Below the pieces are notes generated by a model. That model was not told where the DNA came from. It worked only from the letters and a program-made list of their open reading frames with translations, and ran no database searches. Source: Candidatus Poribacteria bacterium (lineage in GTDB: Bacteria; Poribacteria; WGA-4E; PCPOR2b). From it: a stretch of 64,000 nucleotides of DNA. Position 1 is the first letter of the stretch, and every line of letters begins with the position of its first letter. The position numbers and the translations under genes are program-made. The stretch is from positions 3,840,001 through 3,904,000 of the forward strand of contig OZ242351.1 of the NCBI GenBank assembly GCA_965208675.1, given 5' to 3'. Shown piece after piece: positions 31,965 through 41,927 of this stretch.

Positions 31965-32975
31965 CTAAACACGGCTACGATCCAGAATCTCCGCGATTTG
32001 GATAGCATTTAAAGCGGCGCCTTTGCGTAGATTGTCAGCGACAACCCACAGATTGAGTCCGTTTTCGATCGAGGTATCCTCACGAATTCGCCCGACGTAA
32101 ACGGCGTCTTCTCCGGCAGCATCTACTGGAAGCGGATATTCTCGATTTAGCGGTTCATCAACAAGGGTCACGCCCGGCGCCCCGGCAAGAATTTCTCTCG
32201 CTTCGTCCGCCTCGAGTTTACGGTCGGTCTCAATGTTAATAGACTCGGCATGCGCGAAAAATACTGGCACACGAACTGTTGTAGCCGATATCCCGATGGA
32301 ATCGTCCGCGAGGATTTTCCGGGTTTCATTGGCTATCTTTATCTCTTCTTCACTGTCACCGCTGTCGGAAAATGGCCAATCGAACGCGACATTGAATGCC
32401 ATCTGGTGCGGGAATAGTTCTTGTTTGATTGGACGCCCTTCCAGTGCGGACACTGTTTGGTCAATGAGTTCTACGATGGCAGCGCCGCTTTTGCCCGAAA
32501 CGCTTTGATACGTGGAGACAACGATGCGGTTAATCCCAACCGCATCGTAAATTGGCTTAAGTGCGACAACCATCTGCATGGTTGAGCAATTTGGGTTGGC
32601 GATAATCCCCTTATGTTTGATTGCCGCGTGCATGTTCACCTCAGAAACAATAAGCGGAGTATCAGGATCCATTCGAAACGCGCTCGTATTGTCAATAACG
32701 AGGCAACCCTTTTCTACCGCAGTGGGAATAAATTCACGGCTGACCGATGCCCCTGCGGAGGCAAACACCAAGTCTATGCCGTCAAATGAATTATGCGTCA
32801 ACTCTTCGGCCACAATCGGTTCATCTTTGAATGTCAGAATCTCGCCTGCCGATCGATGAGAAGACAGCGGTTTAAGAGAGGCAACGGGAAATGCCCGCTC
32901 TTCCAGTATGCTCATTATGGTATTACCGACAGCGCCAGTCGCGCCGACAATAGCCACACGGTAACTTGTGCTCAT
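31965..32975 (-). CDS. asd: Aspartate-semialdehyde dehydrogenase
   Basis: GATGAVG, IANPNCST, STYQSVSG, DNLRKGAALNAIQIAE. Confidence 0.96.
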   Translation of the reverse strand: MSTSYRVAIVGATGAVGNTIMSILEERAFPVASLKPLSSHRSAGEILTFKDEPIVAEELTHNSFDGIDLVFASAGASVSREFIPTAVEKGCLVIDNTSAFRMDPDTPLIVSEVNMHAAIKHKGIIANPNCSTMQMVVALKPIYDAVGINRIVVSTYQSVSGKSGAAIVELIDQTVSALEGRPIKQELFPHQMAFNVAFDWPFSDSGDSEEEIKIANETRKILADDSIGISATTVRVPVFFAHAESINIETDRKLEADEAREILAGAPGVTLVDEPLNREYPLPVDAAGEDAVYVGRIREDTSIENGLNLWVVADNLRKGAALNAIQIAEILDRSRV

Positions 32976-33345
32976 ATCAAGATTATACCTCTAGAAAAAT
33001 GTTAACGGAAATTTTTAATCAATGGGAATATTCTACCACACATGGAGCGGAATTCGCAAGTTGAGCCAGATTTTTTCGAAATCACCCGTGTCTTTTCGGG
33101 CAGTAATACAACGCCAGCAGTGAAATCGAACAACAAAAGCTGAGAAATGGAGAGCATGTGGAAAGTTAAGATTGCGGGAATTCTCAATGATGGATAGGAT
33201 CCAGTCTCGCCGTCGTAATCAACGCTTACGCATAACCATACGAAATCATTCCGTATGCAAGCTAATTTCACCAACCTCGGGTTGTAATTTCTAGTCCGGC
33301 TTCCTAGACCGAAATCGTAGTGAGGCGGCATAAAGGAGTAACCAA

Positions 33346-34407
33346 ATGAAGCGCACGATTTTCGAAGATTTATATTGTTGGTCAATGTTCAGCGAGATGC
33401 GCCAGGTCGACTTTAATGGACACCTGTGGGTGCAGTCTGAAGGAAATATCCTCATAGATCCGGTGCCGATGATTGACTCAGACCACGAACAAATGAATAA
33501 ACTCGGCGGCGCGGCATGGATAATCATTACGAATCGAGATCACGAGCGGGAGGCAGCGGTATTCAAGAATCGCACAGGTGCGAAAATTGTCGTGCATGAA
33601 GCTGATGCCGATGCACTGTCCGTTAAAGCCGACCGGCTAATTGCCGATGGTGAGGAGGTTGTCCCTGGATTGCGGGCAATCCATTTGCCGTTCGGAAAAA
33701 GCCCCGGTGAAATCGCGCTTCACTTTCCGGAGAAACGGGCAATCCTAGCCGGAGACATCATCGTTGGTGATCCGGTTGGGCATCTGTCACTGTTGACCGA
33801 TGAGAAGTTGGAGAGTCCTTCCAAGGCGGCGCTGGCACTCCGGAAAATCTTAGCGTTATCGTTCGATGCGATGCTTGTCGGAGACGGCCACTCAGTGCTT
33901 CAAAATGCTCGCCAGCGCTTGGTAGAATGCCTCCAGCGCCGTACAGATATTTACATCAACCGAATTAACATTGACGAGATTGAATGGGTGAAGCGGAATG
34001 CGCCAACGCCTTACGATTTTGAGGAGAAGGACATCGATCCGCTAATTGGGGGGAAACATCTAGGGTATCGGTTAATCCGATTGCGGCCGAACAACGCGAG
34101 TTACCCAATGCACCTACATCATTTTGGAGAAGAGATGTTCCATGTGATTGAAGGCTCTTGTACCCTAAAAACGCCGCGTGGCGACCTGACCGTAACGGCG
34201 GGTGATTTCATCGCCTTCCCGCCCGGCGCATCAGGCGCCCATAAATTCATAAATGCGGGAGACGCGCCGTGTACGTTACTTGCGGCTGGCATGTCAATCG
34301 AACATGATATCAGCGAATATCCGGATTCCAACAAAGTTTTCCCTTATGTAACACAACGCATTTACCGAAAGGATGAGTGTGTGGACTACTGGGATGGCGA
34401 AGTGTAG
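33346..34407 (+). CDS. Metallo-beta-lactamase-fold protein fused to a C-terminal cupin domain
   Basis: ITNRDHER, LAGD, LVGDG (degenerate MBL motifs); HLHHFGEE...GD.IAFP...AH (cupin). Confidence 0.8.
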   Translation: MKRTIFEDLYCWSMFSEMRQVDFNGHLWVQSEGNILIDPVPMIDSDHEQMNKLGGAAWIIITNRDHEREAAVFKNRTGAKIVVHEADADALSVKADRLIADGEEVVPGLRAIHLPFGKSPGEIALHFPEKRAILAGDIIVGDPVGHLSLLTDEKLESPSKAALALRKILALSFDAMLVGDGHSVLQNARQRLVECLQRRTDIYINRINIDEIEWVKRNAPTPYDFEEKDIDPLIGGKHLGYRLIRLRPNNASYPMHLHHFGEEMFHVIEGSCTLKTPRGDLTVTAGDFIAFPPGASGAHKFINAGDAPCTLLAAGMSIEHDISEYPDSNKVFPYVTQRIYRKDECVDYWDGEV

Positions 34408-34469
34408 TTATCAAGGTTGCACTGCGGAAGGGTACGATGCCCCTTTCAAATCCTGCATTTAGCACCATA

Positions 34470-36206
34470 TTATTGGATTATATGCACACGGTTATTCCCG
34501 CGGGTCGTTTCGTCCGACATCACGATTGGTGTTTCAATAAGGGCAATGTATTGCCCATCCGCGCTGATGTCGATAGTGTCGTAAGGAAGTAGTCCTTCTA
34601 CACGGTAAGTGTAGAGGTATTTGGCTAGCCCTCCCCCAGTAGCATTGAGGTCAAAGAGGGAAACCCCATGGAGTTGTTCTTCGCCGTTTCGGCTCGCTTT
34701 GGAGATGCTGACGGCGGCGTAGCGGTTCCTGGCGTCAAGGCGTAAGCCTTGCGGCATGTTTTGCAATGCCCACCGCCACGCTTTCTCCCCCGTCCATTTG
34801 TAAGCGAACAACGTCAGCCCATTTGGGTGGGCGGCAGGCGGCTGCTGTGCGCCCTTCTGCAAGTGATACGGGATATAAGTGTCGCCTGTTACGAAGAGTG
34901 CGAACGAATTGGTTGCTGCAATTGTGCCCGAGGTCGCGGTGATTGGGATATCGCTGACTTCAAGCGGCGTCGTGAGTTCGGCTTGCCATAGCGGATCGAC
35001 TTTTTCATGCGCGGCATTCACCGCATCGAAGATAAACGCTCTCCCGTCTTCCGTCGTAACGTTAATAAATTTTCCGTCCGGCGAAACGCCGACGCCTCGC
35101 CAGAACTTCACTGCTTCAAAGTGTGGTTTGAGCGGTTCAAAGGCGTATTCCCACCGTTTTGCTCCCGATACACCATCAATTACGCATAACGTTCCCGGTT
35201 GAAATTGTGGGGACGCACCGCTGCTGATTGTATCGTACACAAGCGCGATGCTTTTTCCATCCCGGGAATAGTCAAACCATCTGATTATCATCGGCAGCGG
35301 TTGGCGGCTCGGCCATTTCCATTTCAGTTTGCCGGTTTCTCCATCGAATCGGTACAGTTGGGATTTTTTCAATGCGGCTCCGTCTTGAGTCCACGAATGT
35401 ACGCCGGCGGCGAGCAAATCCCCATTCCCTGTGGCGGCGATGCGGTAAGGGCCCGGATACTGTACCCATGCGTACACGTCGTTCGGACGGTATGGCGTGG
35501 AAGTATCAATGTCATCCGCCATGCGGTATTTCCACAGCAGGGCAGGTTTTTTGCCGGACAGTTCATAAGCAAAGACGAATCCGTCTGCGGACTGCTCGCC
35601 GATGAATAGCCGCCTACCATCAGGACTAAACGCCGCGTGCTTCGTGTAGCTTTCTGAAATTCGTGTTTTCCAAATCTTCTCGCCTGTGAGCGGATTGATG
35701 AGTGCCAAGTGACCAGCATCCGTGGCAATTGCTAATTTTTCGCCGTCCGGGGAAAAGGCAACGGTCGTCGCCTTCGCCGGCCTCTGCAAATTCTCAAATA
35801 GTGATAGCAAATCGTCCAGTTCAATCGTGCGAATAGGATATGCGCTCGGCTTGCGAGGCGCGGTCACACTCGCATCAAATCTGCAGCCATCCCCCCATAG
35901 TACATTTATGCGGTAAGTCTTATGCGGCTCCCACGCGAATTGTATCAGAAAGCGTTTGTCATCAAATGCCTCCACCCTTTGCATGAGCGAATGTCTGTTT
36001 TCAATACGCTCCGCTGCTGACGCTGCCCTCACTTCAATAAGAGACAACTCGTTAATTGAAACACTCTCTTCTAATTCAACAGCCATACCAAACCGTGTAA
36101 AAACAACGTTTCCCTCGATTGTTTTCGCGCTCTGTACTGCACCTATTGACGTGAATAGAAACATCAACGAGGCAAAACATATACGCCGCCGCAGTTGCAT
36201 GTTCAT
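34470..36206 (-). CDS. Secreted WD40/PQQ-like beta-propeller protein, second gene under the cobalamin riboswitch
   Basis: Signal peptide, repeated FSPDG and TG...W blades; ATG at 36206 after GGAGG. Confidence 0.75.
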   Translation of the reverse strand: MNMQLRRRICFASLMFLFTSIGAVQSAKTIEGNVVFTRFGMAVELEESVSINELSLIEVRAASAAERIENRHSLMQRVEAFDDKRFLIQFAWEPHKTYRINVLWGDGCRFDASVTAPRKPSAYPIRTIELDDLLSLFENLQRPAKATTVAFSPDGEKLAIATDAGHLALINPLTGEKIWKTRISESYTKHAAFSPDGRRLFIGEQSADGFVFAYELSGKKPALLWKYRMADDIDTSTPYRPNDVYAWVQYPGPYRIAATGNGDLLAAGVHSWTQDGAALKKSQLYRFDGETGKLKWKWPSRQPLPMIIRWFDYSRDGKSIALVYDTISSGASPQFQPGTLCVIDGVSGAKRWEYAFEPLKPHFEAVKFWRGVGVSPDGKFINVTTEDGRAFIFDAVNAAHEKVDPLWQAELTTPLEVSDIPITATSGTIAATNSFALFVTGDTYIPYHLQKGAQQPPAAHPNGLTLFAYKWTGEKAWRWALQNMPQGLRLDARNRYAAVSISKASRNGEEQLHGVSLFDLNATGGGLAKYLYTYRVEGLLPYDTIDISADGQYIALIETPIVMSDETTRGNNRVHIIQ

Positions 36207-36220
36207 TAAACACCTCCGTG

Positions 36221-36560
36221 GAAAAGTAGTAGGCATACTCCGTATGCCGTCATCCGTGTCCCGATGCCGTCACCGGATTTCAATGTTATATGTGGAATTT
36301 ACGGCACACGGAGTGTGCCTACGACCATGCATCACCCGAAAAGTAGCAGGCATACTCCGTATGCCGTCATTCGTGTCCCGCTGCGTGCATTGGGATTCAA
36401 CGCAATATGTGGAATTTACGGCACACCGCGTGCGCCTACGACTATGCATCACCCGAAAAGTAGCAGGCATACTCCGTATGCCGTTACCCATGTCCCGCTA
36501 CTGGCGTCGGGACCCAATGCAATATGTGGAATATACGGCACACGGAGTGTGCCTACTACT
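36221..36560. repeat. Three tandem 117-bp REPIN-like units built from inverted GTAG-type REP palindromes
   Basis: Units start at 36222, 36339 and 36456. Each has GTAG(C/T)AGGCATACTCCGTATGCCGT ... ACGGCACACGGAGTGTGCCTAC. Confidence 0.85.
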
Positions 36561-36596
36561 TTGCCTTGAGCGTTAAACTGCGTAAGTCCTAACTTG

Positions 36597-38585
36597 TTAA
36601 ACCACAACCCGCCGCAGCCCTCGGCTCAACCGCCTTCCCAAAAGCACGCCGATAAATGTATAAGCAAATCCGCTAACGACAATCATCGTGAGGATATACC
36701 AATCTGCGTAGAAAAGGCGATGAAGTGTCATGCTCAGTTGAAAATCGGTGTATACACCGAGAGCATCGCAGATGCCGAATACAAATGCCAATACCAGGAC
36801 ATTCTTGCCTCTCTGCGAAATTAAAAATCCGAATTCGAGCAACAGCACAATCGTACCCGTGTAGAGCAGCGTAATCGGGGTGAGTAACCCAAGCGTGACG
36901 CCGCCCAACAGCACGCGAACCGCCGATACTAAGGTAATCACTCCTGATTTGGGGATGAGCATCAACAGAGATGTGAGCAAGGTGTAATACAATATTTCGT
37001 TAATTAACCCGTTAATGAGGAATGAAATTGGTCCCAGTAAAGCGGCGGTCAGATTGGCGAGTAGCGTCACCGGTACGCTAACCGCGATGAAAATGGTTGT
37101 TCCAAACAGGGTAATCAAGATGAGCTGTCTCGTCGAGAATCGCTTGAAAAACCCCCGGTGAAAGCGCAGCAGGAAAAACAGTCCAAGTCCGGTTGCGCCA
37201 AGTGCAACGCCGGTAACCATTAGAGCGTGCAGATTAGGCGTTTCGATGAGCAGCGGCCGTTTAGCACGCAGAACAGTTTTGTCGCTGCCCCAGATTTTGA
37301 TTTCGATGTCGCGGTCGTAACGCCCTGTGTGGGCAAAATCTGCGCCTTTCGCACGGGCGGAATCGGGATTGAAGTAGATTGGGAGCGGCACAGCGGTTGT
37401 AACCCCGCCTGCCAAGCTGGCGAACGCAACACTGCGATTCGTGCCGGCGTTGACGGCGTCGGGCGGTGCAAGAAAGGCAACAGGTTCTCCGCCTTTCGCG
37501 TCGAGATTTATTGCGCCGACAATAACGTGTATGATGTCCTGACTGTGGTTGCGGAGAGACACAGTTTGGTACGCAATGGGTTGAAAATAGTCCACAGCAT
37601 GAGCCTTTGCCCCGAACCATCCGCCTGCCTTGCCCAACAGCGGACGATGGTAGTAGATTGCATCTGGACGACGGCGTGAATCGACAACCCCTGTTGCGTC
37701 AGTGGGCATCGTAATGGCTTCAATCGAGAGTTGTGCGGCAATCTCGTCCACGGTTGCTGAACGCAGCGGCAGCGCCGCAGACCGGTTCCATTGCGTGCCG
37801 GATTCATCCTCAAAGAAGACCTTCGCGGCAATCTGCGCTGAATCGGGCAATTTTTCATTCGGAATTTTTAGTTCGAATTGGCTGTGCCAAATCTCCGCTT
37901 CAACTGTAAAATTCCCTCTCGCAGCAAATGCAGTTGCCTCTTCTCGTTCCAACTCATGACCGAGGAGGTTGGATGAGTTTCCGACACGGGGTTCGCTATG
38001 CCAAATTGATTGGGTTTGCAACACCTGGATGACTGAAGGGATGTAAAGCACAACCTTAAACCTAACGGGCGCTTCCAATCCGTTCCGCACCAAAACCGTC
38101 GCTGTCATTTCACTGCCGCCTAAGACCAACGATTTGGCGCTCCGTTGTTTCGGATCTGCTAGGGCATTCCGGGGGGATGGCGAACTCGGCTTGACCGTCC
38201 CGTATGGAATCGCAATCTCAATCGATCCGCGCGGATTGTTTGCGGGCGCCTCGGCGCTTATGGCTGCCGATTCGCCCGTGTCGTAGGTAATCTCAAATCG
38301 ATACCTTTCCCCTGCGTCCCAACGAAAATACAGCGGCTCTGTGCTGCGCGGATACCCGCCGAGATTGAGTTGAGCAACGACTTCTCCTTCCGAACCAAAT
38401 GCTCGGATGTATTTGACCGACTCTTGACGATTGGCATCAAAGTGGATTATTGCGCCCATCGGAATAAAGGCGGCACTCCATGAAGGTGGAGGTTGTTCGT
38501 TCTGCTCGGAACAGCCGCAATACGTAGCACACAATGGAATAAAGAGTGCTAGAATATGTAACGTAAACCTGTTTCCGTGTTTCAT
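36597..38585 (-). CDS. Membrane protein: large extracytoplasmic N-terminus plus multi-TM C-terminal domain resembling an ECF S-component; probable cobalamin/cobalt uptake component
   Basis: First gene behind a cobalamin riboswitch; possible lipobox CGC; C-terminal FSTRQLILITLF...PKSGVITL helices. Confidence 0.6.
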   Translation of the reverse strand: MKHGNRFTLHILALFIPLCATYCGCSEQNEQPPPSWSAAFIPMGAIIHFDANRQESVKYIRAFGSEGEVVAQLNLGGYPRSTEPLYFRWDAGERYRFEITYDTGESAAISAEAPANNPRGSIEIAIPYGTVKPSSPSPRNALADPKQRSAKSLVLGGSEMTATVLVRNGLEAPVRFKVVLYIPSVIQVLQTQSIWHSEPRVGNSSNLLGHELEREEATAFAARGNFTVEAEIWHSQFELKIPNEKLPDSAQIAAKVFFEDESGTQWNRSAALPLRSATVDEIAAQLSIEAITMPTDATGVVDSRRRPDAIYYHRPLLGKAGGWFGAKAHAVDYFQPIAYQTVSLRNHSQDIIHVIVGAINLDAKGGEPVAFLAPPDAVNAGTNRSVAFASLAGGVTTAVPLPIYFNPDSARAKGADFAHTGRYDRDIEIKIWGSDKTVLRAKRPLLIETPNLHALMVTGVALGATGLGLFFLLRFHRGFFKRFSTRQLILITLFGTTIFIAVSVPVTLLANLTAALLGPISFLINGLINEILYYTLLTSLLMLIPKSGVITLVSAVRVLLGGVTLGLLTPITLLYTGTIVLLLEFGFLISQRGKNVLVLAFVFGICDALGVYTDFQLSMTLHRLFYADWYILTMIVVSGFAYTFIGVLLGRRLSRGLRRVVV

Positions 38586-38840
38586 CTTAAGAACCTATTT
38601 GAAAATTCATTTTATACAGCCCCAAAGGACGGCAGGTTTATAGTACCCCACTATCCTCCGTAGGCGGGGCATCTTGCCCCGCCCAATGCTGGAGTAAGGT
38701 ATTTGCTGGAATCAAGCGACCGAATTGCGAAGGCGATTGTAAATCCCGCGCTATAGAAATTCCACCGGTTATAGCAACTCAAAAGCCCAAGAATGGCTTT
38801 GTCACCTATTATTCAAACATGCTCTAAGCATCGCCGTCTA

Positions 38841-38880
38841 AAAACAAAAAACCCCAGTCTTCATTTAGAAAACCGGGGTA
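38841..38880 (-). terminator. Expression-platform terminator of the cobalamin riboswitch
   Basis: ACCCCGGTTTTC...GAAGACTGGGGT followed by TTTTTTGTTTT. Confidence 0.75.
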
Positions 38881-38967
38881 CAGTTCGCTATTCCTAAACC
38901 CGCCGTTTCGGTAAAAGGAACGCGTTTTCTGGTTCACAGCCTTCCCGCGAAAACTCTGTGTGAAACG

Positions 38968-39144
38968 CGATTCAGGTAGGTCTCCTGACTGGCGACACTT
39001 CGTGTCCGCCTTCCCATCTCAACGTATCGGGACAGTGGCATTGTAGACACGATTATTCGTCGTTCACAGTGGCGGGGCCGTGGCGGCTTTTCACCGCGCT
39101 TCCCTATTCTCCACAATCGCAATTGATTGCTGGCGCCTGAATCG
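38968..39144 (-). promoter_or_regulatory. Cobalamin riboswitch
   Basis: AATAGGGAA-GCGCGGTGAAAAGCCG, CCCCGCCACTGTGA, GCCACTG...GGGAAGGC, B12 box AGTCAGGAGACCTACC; P1 CGATTCAGG/CCTGAATCG; upstream promoter TTGAAT-17-TACTAT (39184-39212). Confidence 0.93.
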
Positions 39145-39346
39145 AAAAAAAATTCAGTTTTAAGTTTTTTCTCCGCTGTTCAAATAGTAACAGATTCACG
39201 CGGGCTATTCAAGCAGAAATGGAATTGGGTATCTGGAAACTGCGTTTTCGTAATGTTTAGTGTTTCCAATTTCCTGAACTTACCCACAGGTTTTGGGCGG
39301 GAACGCATGAAAATTAAGGGACTTATATACAATAGTATCAATCAAT

Positions 39347-39380
39347 AAAAAAGGACGGGTCACATATAAAAACCCGTCCT
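39347..39380 (-). terminator. Rho-independent terminator at the left edge of the accessory island
   Basis: AGGACGGGT-loop-ACCCGTCCT followed by TTTTTT. Confidence 0.7.
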
Positions 39381-39507
39381 CAGTTAATCATGCACTCAAT
39401 TATCAAAAAGAACCAAAATGGAATATCATCGTCGTTTCCTTGCGCCGCACTATTCACCATCACCTTTTTCTAACTATATTAAAGCGGTCCAAAGGATGGG
39501 GGTAAGT

Positions 39508-39621
39508 TCAGCTTAGTTTCATGATACCTTCGCGTTTTATGCCTCCGACGTTTGCGGGTTCTCCGGGGTTAACTCCCTTCTCGCTACCACTCATTAGCTG
39601 AAGGATTTCTGTTCTGTCCAT
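39508..39621 (-). pseudogene. Truncated third copy of the GH108 muramidase gene
   Basis: MDRTEILQLMSGSEKGVNPGEPANVGGIKREGIMKLS* aligns with the N-termini of 44752-45384 and 54666-55331. Confidence 0.85.
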
Positions 39622-39748
39622 TAAAGTTCGACGTCATTCGGTGGCGTTCGTCTTTGGTTTCGCAGTTGTTTGTTCTGTGCTTGCACCAATTAGGTGCAAG
39701 CACAGAACAATATTTAACTTTGGTAAAATTCCCTTGGCACTTTCGTCG

Positions 39749-40588
39749 CTACCGCCAGTCCATTGCTCTTGCGTTTACGCCGAGTTTAATCTGCTCCAAC
39801 GATGGTTCGACATCCGGCAACGCGGTGAATATTCCCCAATGCGAGCCTAGATGTTGCCAGACGGCAATACGCTTGCCATCTGGTGACCATACTGGATACT
39901 TAAAATGGGCGCCTTTACGTATCAACCGTTGAGTATGAAGATTGCGGCTAACAACGTAAACGGTCCAAGCATTTCCGAAATGACGCATGTAGAGGATACT
40001 CCCGCCATCCGGCGACCAATCAGGCGATTCTTCATCGCCGGGAGAATCCGTCCATTGTTTAAGCCCCGATCCGTCAACATTTATTGAGTAAATATTTTTG
40101 CCGGTGTCTTCGTCTGATTTCCCTCTCGAAAACGCAATCGAAAGTCCATCCGGCGACCAACAAGGTTGGTGTCCATTCGTAACAATTTCAGTGAGATTTG
40201 TGCCATCAATATCTATTAATTTGATACTTCCGTTTGAAAACGCGATACGCTTGCCATCAGGCGACCACGCCGGATCCAACCCGCCAACATCAGGACTCGT
40301 CAACAGCCTCGTTATACAGCCGCCTTCACGAGCAACATGAAGCGTAGAAATTCCAGTGTTCAGATACTCGTCTACGTACACAATGCGCTGCCGGTCAGGT
40401 GAGAGATTTGGATCGTGTCCAGAAATGACAAACGTGTCATTAGTCCCGTCTGGATGAATGATATAAATTTCGCCGTCATCTTCATATGCGATGATGCCGT
40501 TATCTTCTGATGTTGACAGTTCGTCATCATCGCTGCAACCGAGACATACTAAACAGCCAATGAGCATTACGAATGTTCGTCTGTACAT
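39749..40588 (-). CDS. TolB-like (PD40 repeat) beta-propeller lipoprotein
   Basis: Lipobox LGC, multiple P.WSPDG repeats. Confidence 0.85.
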   Translation of the reverse strand: MYRRTFVMLIGCLVCLGCSDDDELSTSEDNGIIAYEDDGEIYIIHPDGTNDTFVISGHDPNLSPDRQRIVYVDEYLNTGISTLHVAREGGCITRLLTSPDVGGLDPAWSPDGKRIAFSNGSIKLIDIDGTNLTEIVTNGHQPCWSPDGLSIAFSRGKSDEDTGKNIYSINVDGSGLKQWTDSPGDEESPDWSPDGGSILYMRHFGNAWTVYVVSRNLHTQRLIRKGAHFKYPVWSPDGKRIAVWQHLGSHWGIFTALPDVEPSLEQIKLGVNARAMDWR

Positions 40589-40931
40589 ATCGAACTTTCT
40601 CCCTTCTGGTTTGACGTTAGTTTTGACCCATCAACAAAGGCAAATACGTTTGCATCGCTGGTTACTCGTACATTGCACAAGAATGGGGTCATCATTTACC
40701 AACCCAACTTTTTTGTAATTGCGCGAGTTTCAAATCGCTGTTAATGTAGTTACGCAATTCTGATGCCAAAGGAATTCACAACAGAAAAACAGAAAACGCT
40801 ATTTACACACAGATTCAGTACCGATTTTGTAGCGTAGGATGAGTTTAACTGTCCAAAATCTGAACAATAGCCTCCAATAATTGAACTCCAAATCTCGCAG
40901 AGGAGCTAACAATGGAACAATTCGGTGTTTA

Positions 40932-41070
40932 CGCTCCGTGGTGATGTGTACCGTACTAAGCTCTTTTCAGGAGGCACCGGAATTCATCAATTGTGTTTGC
41001 GTAAATGTCTCCATCAACATATCGTTCTTGGTGATTCATTCCATCGTGACCATCGGACACTATTACCCAA
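40932..41070 (-). pseudogene. IS1595-family transposase remnant
   Basis: Manual translation NHQERYVDGDIYANTIDEFRCLLKRA*YGTHHH. Confidence 0.7.
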
Positions 41071-41927
41071 ATGTAGGGGAATTATGTAGAATTGTACCAC
41101 GTGGTAGGAATTAAGTCAAAGTCTCGAATTTTTTCTTGCGGGGTTTTGATTCTGAACTTACGCCCAATGTTTAGACAGTCATGCTTGTCCATTAAGGTGT
41201 AAGTCCTAAGCTATCCTGCTACGTTTCGACACCTAATATTGTTGGAAATACACCGCCTGAGGTGTGTCGGTGTTGCCATAACAATTCTCCTTAAAATTTA
41301 AGAGTGTCAATCTGAATTACTACATCGTTAGGTCTATCAATAATGTTTCGCCAAACCTTGCAGATTTTTATTCGATTTTGAGATTTCATTACAACAAACA
41401 TGCGTCTGTCTGCGTTCTGTGAATGGACATGATTCTGCATTAGGTAAAGTACAAGTTTATGCAAAATCAGTGTTTACGCTTAACAGTCTAAATACACATA
41501 TGGTCTATGCTGGCTATAATGACAAGCATTCCATGCCCTAATAACTCAATAATCATCGAAATCACCTTTCTTTTTGCTTAGTAGGAACAACAGAAATGAA
41601 AAAAGCCACCACAATGAAGTGATGGCTTGTATTGGATGCGAAAGAGTGCGAAGGCGAAGGCTTTCGCCAAACTCGTGTAACAGGCGAGATGCCTATCACC
41701 TCTTGTGTGTTTCGTTTAGTATAGATGCCGTCAAACTCTCATAAATTTTAGATTTTAAAATGGATTTTGAATTCTCCCCCGTGTTTATATCTAGGTTAAA
41801 ATGATCGACTATGCGCCCCGCATTTATCAAGAAAAAAAGCATGTTATGATTACAAAAGCCACAAACTACTAATCGCGTGTGTTTATCTTGACATCTCGCC
41901 GGTCGTAAGCGATTATTTTTACATAGT

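Noticed and set aside
36221-36560. CRISPR array, or the repetitive ORFs 35956-36576 and 36264-36569
   Set aside because: The spacers are conserved between units, the repeats alternate in orientation and no cas genes are present. The ORFs are by-products of a 117-bp (multiple of 3) period.
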